From the NCBI GenBank assembly GCA_028279305.1, contig JANQOA010000208.1:3707-67706 (forward strand): a DNA stretch of 64,000 bases, written 5' to 3'. The translations under genes and the position numbers were made by a program. Below are positions 22,783 through 31,636 of this stretch, in pieces; positions within the stretch are counted from its first letter, which is position 1; the number at the start of each line of letters is the position of its first letter. Under the pieces are notes generated by a model, which was not told the DNA's origin, did not search any database, and saw only the letters and a list, made by a program, of their open reading frames with translations. Origin of the DNA: Pseudomonadales bacterium. GTDB lineage: Bacteria; Pseudomonadota; Gammaproteobacteria; Pseudomonadales; Azotimanducaceae.

Positions 22783-22855
22783 GTCTTGTCAACAAGCGCT
22801 TTAGTGCGCTTGTGTGTACAATCCCCAACCCTTTATCAGTTCAGGCCCTCACCGT

Positions 22856-23812
22856 ATGAGTAGCAGCAAGCCCACCCTGGTGTCCAGTCAAGACATGCCC
22901 GACGTGGCGAGACGGGTACTGGGAGAAGCTCAAACCACGCTGGATTGGGTGGGCATGAGCCACGTTCATCAGCCGCTGCTGGTGAAAGATGGTGAAACGT
23001 CCAAGGCCGTGCAGGCCAGCGTGCAGGTATATGTCAATCTTGCGGATCCCACTGCCAAGGGCATACATATGTCGCGCCTGTATCTGATCCTGGATGAACA
23101 TGCGGAGACCCGGCCGTTGACCGCCGCAGGTTTAAAAATGCTGCTGGGCTCGGTGCTGGAATCCCATCACGACCTCAGCACCAACGCCTTTGTGCAATTT
23201 GAGTTTGACCATTTTATCCGCCGCCCGGCGCTGATCAGTGATAATCACGGCTGGGCTTCTTATCCGGTGATGGTCAAGGGCACCCTGATAGAAGGTCAGG
23301 TGGTGCTGGAGCTGTCCGTCGAGGTGCAGTATTCCTCCACCTGTCCGTGTTCAGCGGCGCTGGCGCGGCAGCTGATTCAGCAGCAGTTTGAAGACGATTT
23401 TGACCCGGCCGCGGAACTGAAATTCAGCGATGTCAAAGCGTGGCTGGGTACCGAAGAAGGCATTCTCGCCACCCCGCACAGTCAGCGCAGCACGGCAAAA
23501 ATCCTTGTCCAGCTGGCCAGCGACCTGGACGAGTTTCCGCTGACCGACTTGATCAATCAGGTTGAAGGGGTACTGAAAACGCCGGTGCAGAGTGCGGTAA
23601 AACGCGAGGATGAGCAGGAATTTGCACGCCTCAACGGCGCCAACCTGATGTTTGTAGAAGACGCCGGCCGCAACCTCAAATCGGCGTTACTGGAAGATGA
23701 ACGCTGGAAAGATTTCTGGGTGCGCATAGAGCATCACGAGAGTCTGCACGCCCATGATGCGGTGGGTGTATTTACCAAGGGTGAAGACAAGGGTTATCTG
23801 CCCATTCCCTGA
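22856..23812 (+). CDS. folE2: GTP cyclohydrolase IB (Zn-independent)
   Basis: KGIHMSRL, SSTCPCS, HSQRS, VKREDE, ESLHAHDA. Confidence 0.93.
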   Translation: MSSSKPTLVSSQDMPDVARRVLGEAQTTLDWVGMSHVHQPLLVKDGETSKAVQASVQVYVNLADPTAKGIHMSRLYLILDEHAETRPLTAAGLKMLLGSVLESHHDLSTNAFVQFEFDHFIRRPALISDNHGWASYPVMVKGTLIEGQVVLELSVEVQYSSTCPCSAALARQLIQQQFEDDFDPAAELKFSDVKAWLGTEEGILATPHSQRSTAKILVQLASDLDEFPLTDLINQVEGVLKTPVQSAVKREDEQEFARLNGANLMFVEDAGRNLKSALLEDERWKDFWVRIEHHESLHAHDAVGVFTKGEDKGYLPIP

Positions 23813-23856
23813 TTCCGCGCAACCTGGGCTGACTGTTAACTGGGAGAAAAAGTGCC

Positions 23857-24984
23857 ATGTCCGCAGTGGTCATCAGCGGTTCCGGCTTGTGGAAGCCGGC
23901 TGAGTACGTCACCAATGAAGAACTGGTAGCGGCCTATAACGCTTATGCGTTGCAGTACAACGAGCGTCATGCGGATGCCATCGCCCGCGGAGAAGTGCAG
24001 GAAAAACCGCAGAGCAGCACCGAATTCATCGAAAAAGCCAGCGGTATCAAACAGCGCTATACCTACTGCAAAGACGGTATTCTCGATGTGCAGCGCATGC
24101 GTCCCAATCTGCCGGTAAGGGCGGATGACGAACTGTCCCACCAGGCTGAGATGGCGGTGCTGGCGGCGCGGCAGGCCCTGCAGGCGGCCGGCAAAACGGC
24201 GGCGGATGTGGATATGGTGGTGGTTTCCTGCGCTTATACCCAGCGCGCGTACCCGGCCATTGCCATCGAAGTGCAGCAGGCCCTGGGCATTGAAGGATTT
24301 GGTTTTGATATGCTGGTGGCGTGTTCCGCGGCCACATTTGCCCTGCACCGCGCCTACGATGCGGTTGCGGCGGGTTCGTCAGCGTGTGTGCTGGTTATTA
24401 ATCCCGAACTCACCACTCCCCAGGTCAATTTCACGGACCGGGACGGGCACTTTATATTCGGTGATGTCAGCACCGCGGTAATTCTGGAGCGGGCGGACAC
24501 CTGTACCTCGGACCACAGCTACGAAATCCTCAGTACCCAGGCGCTTACCCAGTACTCAAACAATATCCGCTCCAACTTCGGCTACCTGTCTTATGCGGAC
24601 GACAGCGATCCGTTTGCTGAAGACAAGCTGTTCCACCAGAACGGACGCAAGGTGTTTAAAGAGGTCTGCCCCATGGCCGCCCAGCACCTCACCGGGCAGG
24701 TTGAGAAGGCCGGCCTGGCGGTGGCGGATGTAAAACGCTGGTGGCTGCATCAGGCCAACATAAATATGAACGAATTGATTGCCCGGCGTCTGCTGGGACG
24801 CGACCCGGCACCCAACGAGGCGCCGATTGTGCTGGACGAGTACGCCAACACCGCCTCAGCCGGTTCGATTATTGCCTTCAACCTGTATCACGAAGACCTG
24901 GAGGCCGGTGATATCGGCGTCATCTGCTCGTTTGGCGCCGGATACTCCATCGGCTCGCTGGTGGTGCGAAAAACAGCTTCCTAA
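23857..24984 (+). CDS. Beta-ketoacyl-ACP synthase III family protein (long, PA3286-like)
   Basis: Catalytic VACS, HQAN, ANTASA; SFGAGYS. Confidence 0.88.
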   Translation: MSAVVISGSGLWKPAEYVTNEELVAAYNAYALQYNERHADAIARGEVQEKPQSSTEFIEKASGIKQRYTYCKDGILDVQRMRPNLPVRADDELSHQAEMAVLAARQALQAAGKTAADVDMVVVSCAYTQRAYPAIAIEVQQALGIEGFGFDMLVACSAATFALHRAYDAVAAGSSACVLVINPELTTPQVNFTDRDGHFIFGDVSTAVILERADTCTSDHSYEILSTQALTQYSNNIRSNFGYLSYADDSDPFAEDKLFHQNGRKVFKEVCPMAAQHLTGQVEKAGLAVADVKRWWLHQANINMNELIARRLLGRDPAPNEAPIVLDEYANTASAGSIIAFNLYHEDLEAGDIGVICSFGAGYSIGSLVVRKTAS

Positions 24985-27068
24985 AAAGAGTAGCTGATGT
25001 AGGCCCGCACCTGGCGCGGTTCGAATACTTTGAAGTGAATGTCCTCCACACCTTCAGCCGGTTCACCGGGCAGCCGGGAGCTGTATAAGTAGTCGATATC
25101 GTGGTCGTCCGAGTCAAATATATTCAGCAGGTCCAACTGCAGGGCCCAGCGTTCGTTGCTCCAGCCCAGAGCCAGGCTGGCGATGGTTGAACCGTCGGAT
25201 TCCCGGCTGTCGTCTTCCACCAGCGGATAAGCGGCAAAATGACGCACGCGCAGCGAGCCGAACCAGCCGTTCGGGTACGTAGCGGAAATTGCGCCGGTGG
25301 CCACAAAAGGCAGGGCGCCGGGAATTTCGTCCCCTTCCGGCGCGCTGCCGGTAAATTCCGCGTCGGTCCAGGAAAAGTCGGCTTCCAGCGACCACACATC
25401 GGTCAGCAGCCAGAAATTGTTGAATTCCACGCCCCAGCGGCGGCTTGCGCGGCTGGCTTCGGTGGTGCCGGCGTCACCGACAAATAACAGTTCAGAATCC
25501 AGCTCCAGATACCAAAGCGCCACGGATGTCTGCCAGGTGCCCAGCCACAGGCTCTTAAACCCCAGCTCAGCACCCTTGGATGCCACCAGCGGGTCTACCG
25601 AAGCTGCGGCTTCGCCGCTGACCGGATCCACCGTAATGGTTGTGCCGCGCGCGTCGTTGGAATGAAAGCCGCGGCCGGCACTGAGGTAGAACTCCGTGAC
25701 GTCGCTGTGGGTGTAGATCAGGCTGGCTTTAGGGCTGAGGATGTTATCGCTTTCATCACCCGCGTTCAGCGGGTTGCCGGCGTCCACATCAAACTCAACG
25801 TGATCTCCCCGCAGGCCCAACACGGTGCGCCAGTGATGGTTGAGCTGCCACTCCAGTTCGTAAAACACGCCGATGCTGGCTTCCTCAGCGCTGTCCTCGC
25901 GGATGGCGGCCAGGCGCTGGCGGGCATCGGTGCGGTACAGGCCAACCTTATTGATGTCGTCGTAGCGGACCTCTATTCCGGTGCGGTGAGTGAACTGTTG
26001 CCGGTCGCCGCTGTCCCACGCGCGGTTCCAATGCGCACCCCATGTGGTGCGGTTGTCGCGCTGCTCAAACTGGTCGCCGGTGCCGGGGTTGTCCAACAGA
26101 TAGGTAAAGTTCGACCACAGCTGGAAGTTGTAGTTGATGACATAAGCCCCCCACTCGGTGACCCGGCCGTTGTCTTCACTGCGGTAACTGCCTGACAAAC
26201 TGGAGCGCCGCGTGTTGCCGCCCAGTTCCGTGTCCAGCGAACCCAGCTCGCTGATCAGGCCGCTGTCCACCGCCCGTTCCGGTATCTGGTCAGCGGAATC
26301 CCAGTCGTTGTCGTAGTGCATGGCGGTCAGGTTCCAACTGCCGCTGCTGTGTTCACCTGTAACCTTCAGCAGGCTGTTGATCTTGTCCACGTTCTCTTCG
26401 ATGTCGCGCCAGGGCCCGTCATACCCCTGGCGTTCCAGCGCGGCGGACAAGTTCACCCCGGCCGCCTCCACCGAGCCCAAGGTCAGCAGCCGGTGGTAAC
26501 CGTCTTCACCCACCCCCAGTTTGGCGCGGGTTTCAGGCAGCACGTCAAAAGTGCGGATGTGGGCGCCGCCGGCGGAGGAAAAATTGCCCAGCTCCGCATG
26601 GTAGGGCCCTTTAACAAACTCCAGGGTGCTGATGGTTTCCGGAATCAGAAAGTTGATGTCGGTATAACCCTGCCCGTGACCGTGGGTTCTTTTGTTGACC
26701 GGCATGCCGTCGATCCAGGTGGCAAAGTCGGTGCCGTGGTCGAGATTAAAGCCGCGCAAAAACATCTGGTTGGATTTGCCCGAGCCGCTGTGCTGAGTGA
26801 CCACCATGCCGGGGATGGATTCCAGCACGTCCCCCGGGCGCAGCAGCGGCCGCACGGACAGGTCCACCTGACTGATAACACCTTCGGATGCTGAGCGTGC
26901 CTGGCCCACCAGCACTTCGCGGCGGCCTTCCACAAGCAGTTCCTCAATCTGTTCTTCGTTGTGTGCAAACACCGGATCGGTGCCTGCTAACAAGCATATA
27001 AGAACAAACAGGCGGGTGCGGGGGGAACGTTTATCCGCGCCGCGGCTGAGGTGCATAAATTGTGACAT
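24981..27068 (-). CDS. TonB-dependent receptor with His-rich plug (probable metal receptor)
   Basis: Signal peptide, plug HSGSGKSNQMFLRGFNLDHGTDF...THGHGQGY, C-terminal YSF. Confidence 0.88.
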   Translation of the reverse strand: MSQFMHLSRGADKRSPRTRLFVLICLLAGTDPVFAHNEEQIEELLVEGRREVLVGQARSASEGVISQVDLSVRPLLRPGDVLESIPGMVVTQHSGSGKSNQMFLRGFNLDHGTDFATWIDGMPVNKRTHGHGQGYTDINFLIPETISTLEFVKGPYHAELGNFSSAGGAHIRTFDVLPETRAKLGVGEDGYHRLLTLGSVEAAGVNLSAALERQGYDGPWRDIEENVDKINSLLKVTGEHSSGSWNLTAMHYDNDWDSADQIPERAVDSGLISELGSLDTELGGNTRRSSLSGSYRSEDNGRVTEWGAYVINYNFQLWSNFTYLLDNPGTGDQFEQRDNRTTWGAHWNRAWDSGDRQQFTHRTGIEVRYDDINKVGLYRTDARQRLAAIREDSAEEASIGVFYELEWQLNHHWRTVLGLRGDHVEFDVDAGNPLNAGDESDNILSPKASLIYTHSDVTEFYLSAGRGFHSNDARGTTITVDPVSGEAAASVDPLVASKGAELGFKSLWLGTWQTSVALWYLELDSELLFVGDAGTTEASRASRRWGVEFNNFWLLTDVWSLEADFSWTDAEFTGSAPEGDEIPGALPFVATGAISATYPNGWFGSLRVRHFAAYPLVEDDSRESDGSTIASLALGWSNERWALQLDLLNIFDSDDHDIDYLYSSRLPGEPAEGVEDIHFKVFEPRQVRAYISYSF

Positions 27069-27249
27069 AACCGTTTACTACTCTTGGCTGATGTGTACGT
27101 GGGCTGGTGAGAGAGATATAAGCGGGCAAACATAACAGCGGAAGAGAAGACCGATAAGCGCTCGGTATTACATGTTGTTTACAGAATCCGCTGCGCTCTG
27201 CCGTAGCCGGCTGATAGTCTGGCGGGCCGGATGCGGATATGATTAACGG

Positions 27250-27711
27250 GTGATAGCCAAACACCACAAACTTGCACGCTGGTTGGGTGCCGGCGGCCGC
27301 GCGCGTTTGCCCGATCTGGGTGAGCGGGAGTTGGCGGTGCTCAAGTTATTATGGGCCGGCGGGGAAGCCACCGCGCAGTCCATCCAGACGCAGATGCCCG
27401 GTGAAGCCATTTCCCTGTCCACCGTGCAAAGCACCCTGGAGCGGCTGCACCGCAAGAAGCTGGTGCGGCGTGTCAAACAGGGCCGGGCGTATTGTTACCG
27501 CGCGGCGCTGAGCCAGCCGCAGCTCATAGGCGGCCTGCTGCAGGATCTGGCGGATGATGTGGCTGCGGGAGAACTGGCGCCGATGTTGTCCGGTTTCCTT
27601 GAATATGTATCAGCGGAAGCCCCGGGCATGGGTGATGATGTATCCAGGGCTTTAGGTATTGAACGCAACGGAGGGCAACCTTTAGCGCCGGGGCGGACTG
27701 AAGATGACTGA
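27250..27711 (+). CDS. BlaI/MecI/CopY family repressor
   Basis: LGERELAVLKLLW, STVQSTLERLHRKKLVRRVKQGRAYCY. Confidence 0.9.
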   Translation: MIAKHHKLARWLGAGGRARLPDLGERELAVLKLLWAGGEATAQSIQTQMPGEAISLSTVQSTLERLHRKKLVRRVKQGRAYCYRAALSQPQLIGGLLQDLADDVAAGELAPMLSGFLEYVSAEAPGMGDDVSRALGIERNGGQPLAPGRTEDD

Positions 27712-28678
27712 AGGGTTGTTGCCGCTGCAACTCACCGGCTTGTGGCTGGCCGGCGCGGCGGCGGCCAGTCTGCTCTGCGCCTGGGCTTACCCGCTGATCG
27801 GACAGCTGATTGCCCCCTGGGCGCCGGGCGCCCGCTCGCTGGCGAGGCTGGTTTATGTGCTTTCTCCACCGCTGTCAGCGGGCCTGGTGGTACTGGTGGT
27901 GACCCAGCCGGCCATGGCCGCGCTGCTGATTCCCGAACACTGCCATGCTGGGGTATGCGGCGGCCACACACCGGTTTACGCTGCCGGGTCCGGCATTGTT
28001 ATTGCTCTGGCCGCTGGTCTCAGCCTGGCGGCGGTGACCGTGGTTGTTGTGTTGCTGGGCGCCCTGCGCACCGCGGTGCTCAAATTACATACCCTGCGCG
28101 CGGTAGCCAATGGGGCGGTCAACAGTGATCAGCCTTACCAGGTGTTGCAGACCGACGCGGTGGTGGCTTGTTGTGTGGGCTTATGGCGGCCGCAGGTCCT
28201 GTTGTCCCAAGCGCTTCTGCAGTTGTTGCAACCGGAGCAGTTGCGTGTGGTGCTGGCCCACGAGCAGGCCCACGCAGCACGTCTGGATAATCTCCGCGGG
28301 CTGCTGGTGCGCTGGGCAACTTTGATCTGGCCCGGCGGCAGGGCCCTTCAGGTGCGCAAGGAACTGTCGATTGACGCTGAACAGGCTTGTGATGCGTATG
28401 CTGCGCAAATGGTACAAGACCCGTCGCTGGTGGTGCAGACGATCCGGCAACTGGCCGGGCAGCGGGCAGCAATCAGCGGGCGCGGGATGTCGTTTGGCAT
28501 GCATGATGCGGACGCGCGCATTGCGGCGTTGCAGGTGCAGAGGCCTGGTGCGGCTGGGGCCCATGGCAATGCCTGGTTGTGGGGCGGGTTATGGTTTGCG
28601 GTCTGCTGGTCCGCGCAGGTGGTTCTGCTTACCGCGGGCTTTCATGCCGCCATAGAACTGCTGGCGGCTGCAGCCTGA
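27704..28678 (+). CDS. M56 family membrane metallopeptidase (BlaR1 N-terminal-like, no penicillin-binding domain)
   Basis: Several TM helices, GLWRPQVLLS, AHEQAH (HExxH), EQACD; overlaps the BlaI-like gene. Confidence 0.88.
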   Translation: MTEGLLPLQLTGLWLAGAAAASLLCAWAYPLIGQLIAPWAPGARSLARLVYVLSPPLSAGLVVLVVTQPAMAALLIPEHCHAGVCGGHTPVYAAGSGIVIALAAGLSLAAVTVVVVLLGALRTAVLKLHTLRAVANGAVNSDQPYQVLQTDAVVACCVGLWRPQVLLSQALLQLLQPEQLRVVLAHEQAHAARLDNLRGLLVRWATLIWPGGRALQVRKELSIDAEQACDAYAAQMVQDPSLVVQTIRQLAGQRAAISGRGMSFGMHDADARIAALQVQRPGAAGAHGNAWLWGGLWFAVCWSAQVVLLTAGFHAAIELLAAAA

Positions 28679-28700
28679 CGGACCGACGTCCGACCCGGTT

Positions 28701-29729
28701 TTACTCGACCTGCCAGACCGTTACGTTGCCCTCTGCATCCAGGGCTGCAAGCGCTCGCCCATCTGGCCGCCAGTAGAGCTCAGCCACTTTTCCGTCCACC
28801 AGCGCAGCGCCTACTGGCTCTCCCTCGGCGTCTTTGTTGAGTGTCCATACAACCACGGCGCCGTCGCGGCCACCGGAGGCCAGACGCAATCCACGCCTGG
28901 GGAACGCCAGGGTGGACACGGGTTTAACGTGCAGCTGCAAAACACCGGGCCGCGTGCCTTCCGGGCCGCCGCGCTGGAAACTCCAGACAGTCACCGCCTC
29001 ACCGCCGCCGGTGGCCAGGAGCGTGCCGTTGGCGTCGAATGCCAGTGCTGACGGCTTGCCGGGATAGCCTGACATCATCGAGTCTTCGCCGGTGGAACGG
29101 CGCCAGAAGTGCACTGAGTTGTCCTGGCTGCCGCAGGCGACAATGTCTCCATCCGGACTCAGGACCATCGATACCAAAGAGCCCTTCCATTGCAGCTTCT
29201 GGCGAAGCTTGCCAGTGGACCCCTTAAAAAACGACACCCGGCCATAACAGGCTGTTGCCAGTTCTCCGGACTCCGACCAGGCGATTGAACTGACGGTGCT
29301 GGGATGATCGTCAGAGCGCCATAGCCGTTTGCCGCCGGCGCTGAAGACGCGAACCTTTCTCGAGCAGGAAACCGCCAGCCACTTACCTGTGGGTGACCAG
29401 GCGACGTTCTCCACCCATCCGTCGTTGCAGTCGGCACTCTTCCGCACCTGTCCCGCAGCGGCGTCCCAGAACAGCACGTGTCCGTCTTGCCCGGCGGTGG
29501 CAAAAACCGTCCCCCGCGGGTGGATCGCCATCGCCAGCACGCCGCCTTCGTGAGCCTGCTCACGGGACCATGTGCTTTTTCCCGTCTTACCGTCGAAGGC
29601 GTAAACACTGCCCGCGGCGTCGCCGACCAGGAGTAGTTTGCCGTTTAGTGCCCAGCCGCCTGCGATGGCGTAATCACCCACCGCGGCGGACCAGCCCGCG
29701 CTAAGTGAACCCTCCGATCTATCGGTCAT
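28701..29729 (-). CDS. Cytoplasmic WD40-repeat protein
   Basis: Repeated units such as ATAGQDGHVLFWD, GSQDNSVHFW, GGRDGAVVVW; ATG overlaps the COG0523 stop (TGATG). Confidence 0.88.
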   Translation of the reverse strand: MTDRSEGSLSAGWSAAVGDYAIAGGWALNGKLLLVGDAAGSVYAFDGKTGKSTWSREQAHEGGVLAMAIHPRGTVFATAGQDGHVLFWDAAAGQVRKSADCNDGWVENVAWSPTGKWLAVSCSRKVRVFSAGGKRLWRSDDHPSTVSSIAWSESGELATACYGRVSFFKGSTGKLRQKLQWKGSLVSMVLSPDGDIVACGSQDNSVHFWRRSTGEDSMMSGYPGKPSALAFDANGTLLATGGGEAVTVWSFQRGGPEGTRPGVLQLHVKPVSTLAFPRRGLRLASGGRDGAVVVWTLNKDAEGEPVGAALVDGKVAELYWRPDGRALAALDAEGNVTVWQVE

Positions 29730-31078
29730 CACATCAGGCATGCATCGAAGCCTTCCCGCAGGCTCTGTTCGTCGAGGTTGCGGCCGATGAAGACCAGCTG
29801 ATTGCGGCGCGGCGAGTCTCCCCAAGGGCGATCCGGTTGCCCGTCAAGGAGCATGTGAACACCCTGGAACACAAACCTCTGTGACTCCCCTGCGAAGCTG
29901 ATGAAGCCTTTCATACGGAAGATGTCGACCCCTCGCACGCGCAGCAATTCACCAAGCCAGGCATTGAGTTTATCGGGATCGACATCACCATCCCGCTCGA
30001 TGGCGATGGAGCCTACCTCGTCGTCGTGTTCGTGCTGTGCGACCCAGGTTCGCTCAGCGTCCAAAGCAACGGCTGCGCCTGCGGTGTCGGTCAATTTCAG
30101 GTCGAACTCTTCTGCGGTGTGCTGGGCGTAGAGGCCAACTCGCATTGGCGCGTCGATCTGCAGAAAAAACGACTTGCACCCCAGGGTATCGAGTTCAAGA
30201 TTCACATGCTTGTCGAACAGCAGCTGTGCCTGTGGAATGAGCGTTTCCGCCGGTTCAGCGTAGCGGCGCACACACCACTCCGCACCCTCACGCAGGGCGG
30301 TGTCATCCGCACCCTGGTTGGACGCGACGACCAGCGACATGGCCGGATCAGGCCCTTCGGCAAGACTGAGTTCGTAGCGGCCGGGCTCGAGGGAATAGAC
30401 GCCGGTCCACTCGAAAGGGTATTCGGGCTCGAGAAACGTAGGCCGGCGTTCCAGCGCCTGGTCGAGGTCAAAAGCACTGAGGTTGAGGACTGTGCTGACG
30501 GGCAGATTGGCTTTTTCGCTGCGCACAATTCGAGCCATTCGGTTCATGCCCCGCAGCCGTGCCTCAAGTCCGTCCAGGGCGTCGTCGTCATTGACCAGGT
30601 CGGTTTTGTTCAACACCAGCACGTCGGCGAAGGCAACCTGCTCTGTGCTCTCGTCGCTGCGGCCGAGTTGCTGATCGATATGGACGGCGTCCACCAGGGT
30701 GACAATCCCATCCAGAGAGAACTCCTCGCGTATCTCGTCGTCCATGAAAAAAGTCTGTGCGACGGGTCCAGGGTCAGCGAGCCCGGTGGTTTCCACCAGG
30801 ACGTAGTCGAACTTGTCGCGGCGCTTCATGAGATTGCCGAGCACGCGGATGAGATCTCCGCGCACGGTGCAACAAATGCAGCCGTTGGACATTTCGAAGA
30901 TCTCTTCATCAGCGTCGATGACCAGCCCCTGATCGATGCCGACCTCTCCATACTCATTTTCGATCACGGCAATGCGCTTGCCGTGTTCTTCACTCAAGAT
31001 CCGATTAAGTAGAGTGGTCTTGCCGGAGCCGAGGAATCCGGTGAGGATGGTGACAGGGACCTTTTGATGTGTATTCAT
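29729..31078 (-). CDS. COG0523 (CobW/ZigA-family) G3E metallochaperone GTPase
   Basis: GFLGSGKTT, GCICC, ETTG, NKTD, C-terminal FRMKG...LVFIGRNLD; ATG at 31078. Confidence 0.93.
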   Translation of the reverse strand: MNTHQKVPVTILTGFLGSGKTTLLNRILSEEHGKRIAVIENEYGEVGIDQGLVIDADEEIFEMSNGCICCTVRGDLIRVLGNLMKRRDKFDYVLVETTGLADPGPVAQTFFMDDEIREEFSLDGIVTLVDAVHIDQQLGRSDESTEQVAFADVLVLNKTDLVNDDDALDGLEARLRGMNRMARIVRSEKANLPVSTVLNLSAFDLDQALERRPTFLEPEYPFEWTGVYSLEPGRYELSLAEGPDPAMSLVVASNQGADDTALREGAEWCVRRYAEPAETLIPQAQLLFDKHVNLELDTLGCKSFFLQIDAPMRVGLYAQHTAEEFDLKLTDTAGAAVALDAERTWVAQHEHDDEVGSIAIERDGDVDPDKLNAWLGELLRVRGVDIFRMKGFISFAGESQRFVFQGVHMLLDGQPDRPWGDSPRRNQLVFIGRNLDEQSLREGFDACLM

Positions 31079-31142
31079 CTGAATCTCCTCGTTAAGCCGA
31101 GCCAGGTTGATAAAAGGGTTATGACCACTGTTGCCCGACGCA

Positions 31143-31550
31143 TCACTGCGTACCCTCGAATGGCGGTACGCGTCCCATGACGCTGGCTTGCAGCGCCTTT
31201 GGGCGTTGATCGCGCTGCATATAGCCGTCATCGCTACTCATGTAGGTCGAAACACAAGCTAAAATGTCAGCGGCGGTGGCGCCGGGCTGCTGGTCTCCAA
31301 ACAGGTAAGTCCACGCGCTTCGAGACGATATCGCTATTCCGCAAGGGCGCGGACACAGGCTGAGACACTGCGCGGGTTTGATCTCCAGCCTTTCACGTAA
31401 TGGGCTGCTGTGCAGCATCGCGCGAAGCTCGTGATAAAGCTTGAAGCCGGGCCGGTTTTCTTCCGGTTCACGCGGCACGCCCGAAGGTCTACAGGAGGTG
31501 CATACGTGAAGCGTGCAGGATCTTAGTGCGGGGCGTTTCTGGGTGTTCAT
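31143..31550 (-). CDS. DUF1636-like Cys-rich protein
   Basis: LHVCTSCR, CLSLCPRPC, WTYLFGD, GRVPP. Confidence 0.8.
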   Translation of the reverse strand: MNTQKRPALRSCTLHVCTSCRPSGVPREPEENRPGFKLYHELRAMLHSSPLRERLEIKPAQCLSLCPRPCGIAISSRSAWTYLFGDQQPGATAADILACVSTYMSSDDGYMQRDQRPKALQASVMGRVPPFEGTQ

Positions 31551-31551
31551 A

Positions 31552-31566
31552 TGATATGTTATATCA
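31552..31566. promoter_or_regulatory. Zur-box-like palindrome overlapping an extended -10 element
   Basis: TGATAT-GTT-ATATCA perfect 6-3-6 inverted repeat; the minus strand reads TGA-TATAAC. Confidence 0.65.
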
Positions 31567-31636
31567 TATCGTACAACCCAAGCACACAAGCTGGCCTGTG
31601 AGCCGGTACCATTTTATTCACATATGAGCAGCAGCA

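Noticed and set aside
22792-22813. Zur box upstream of folE2
   Set aside because: The inverted repeat ACAAGCGC/GCGCTTGT is GC-rich and unlike the two AT-rich boxes; more likely an RNA hairpin.
27166-27183. BlaI/CopY operator (TATTACATGTTGTTTACA)
   Set aside because: Only a half match to TACA-N2-TGTA; too weak to call.
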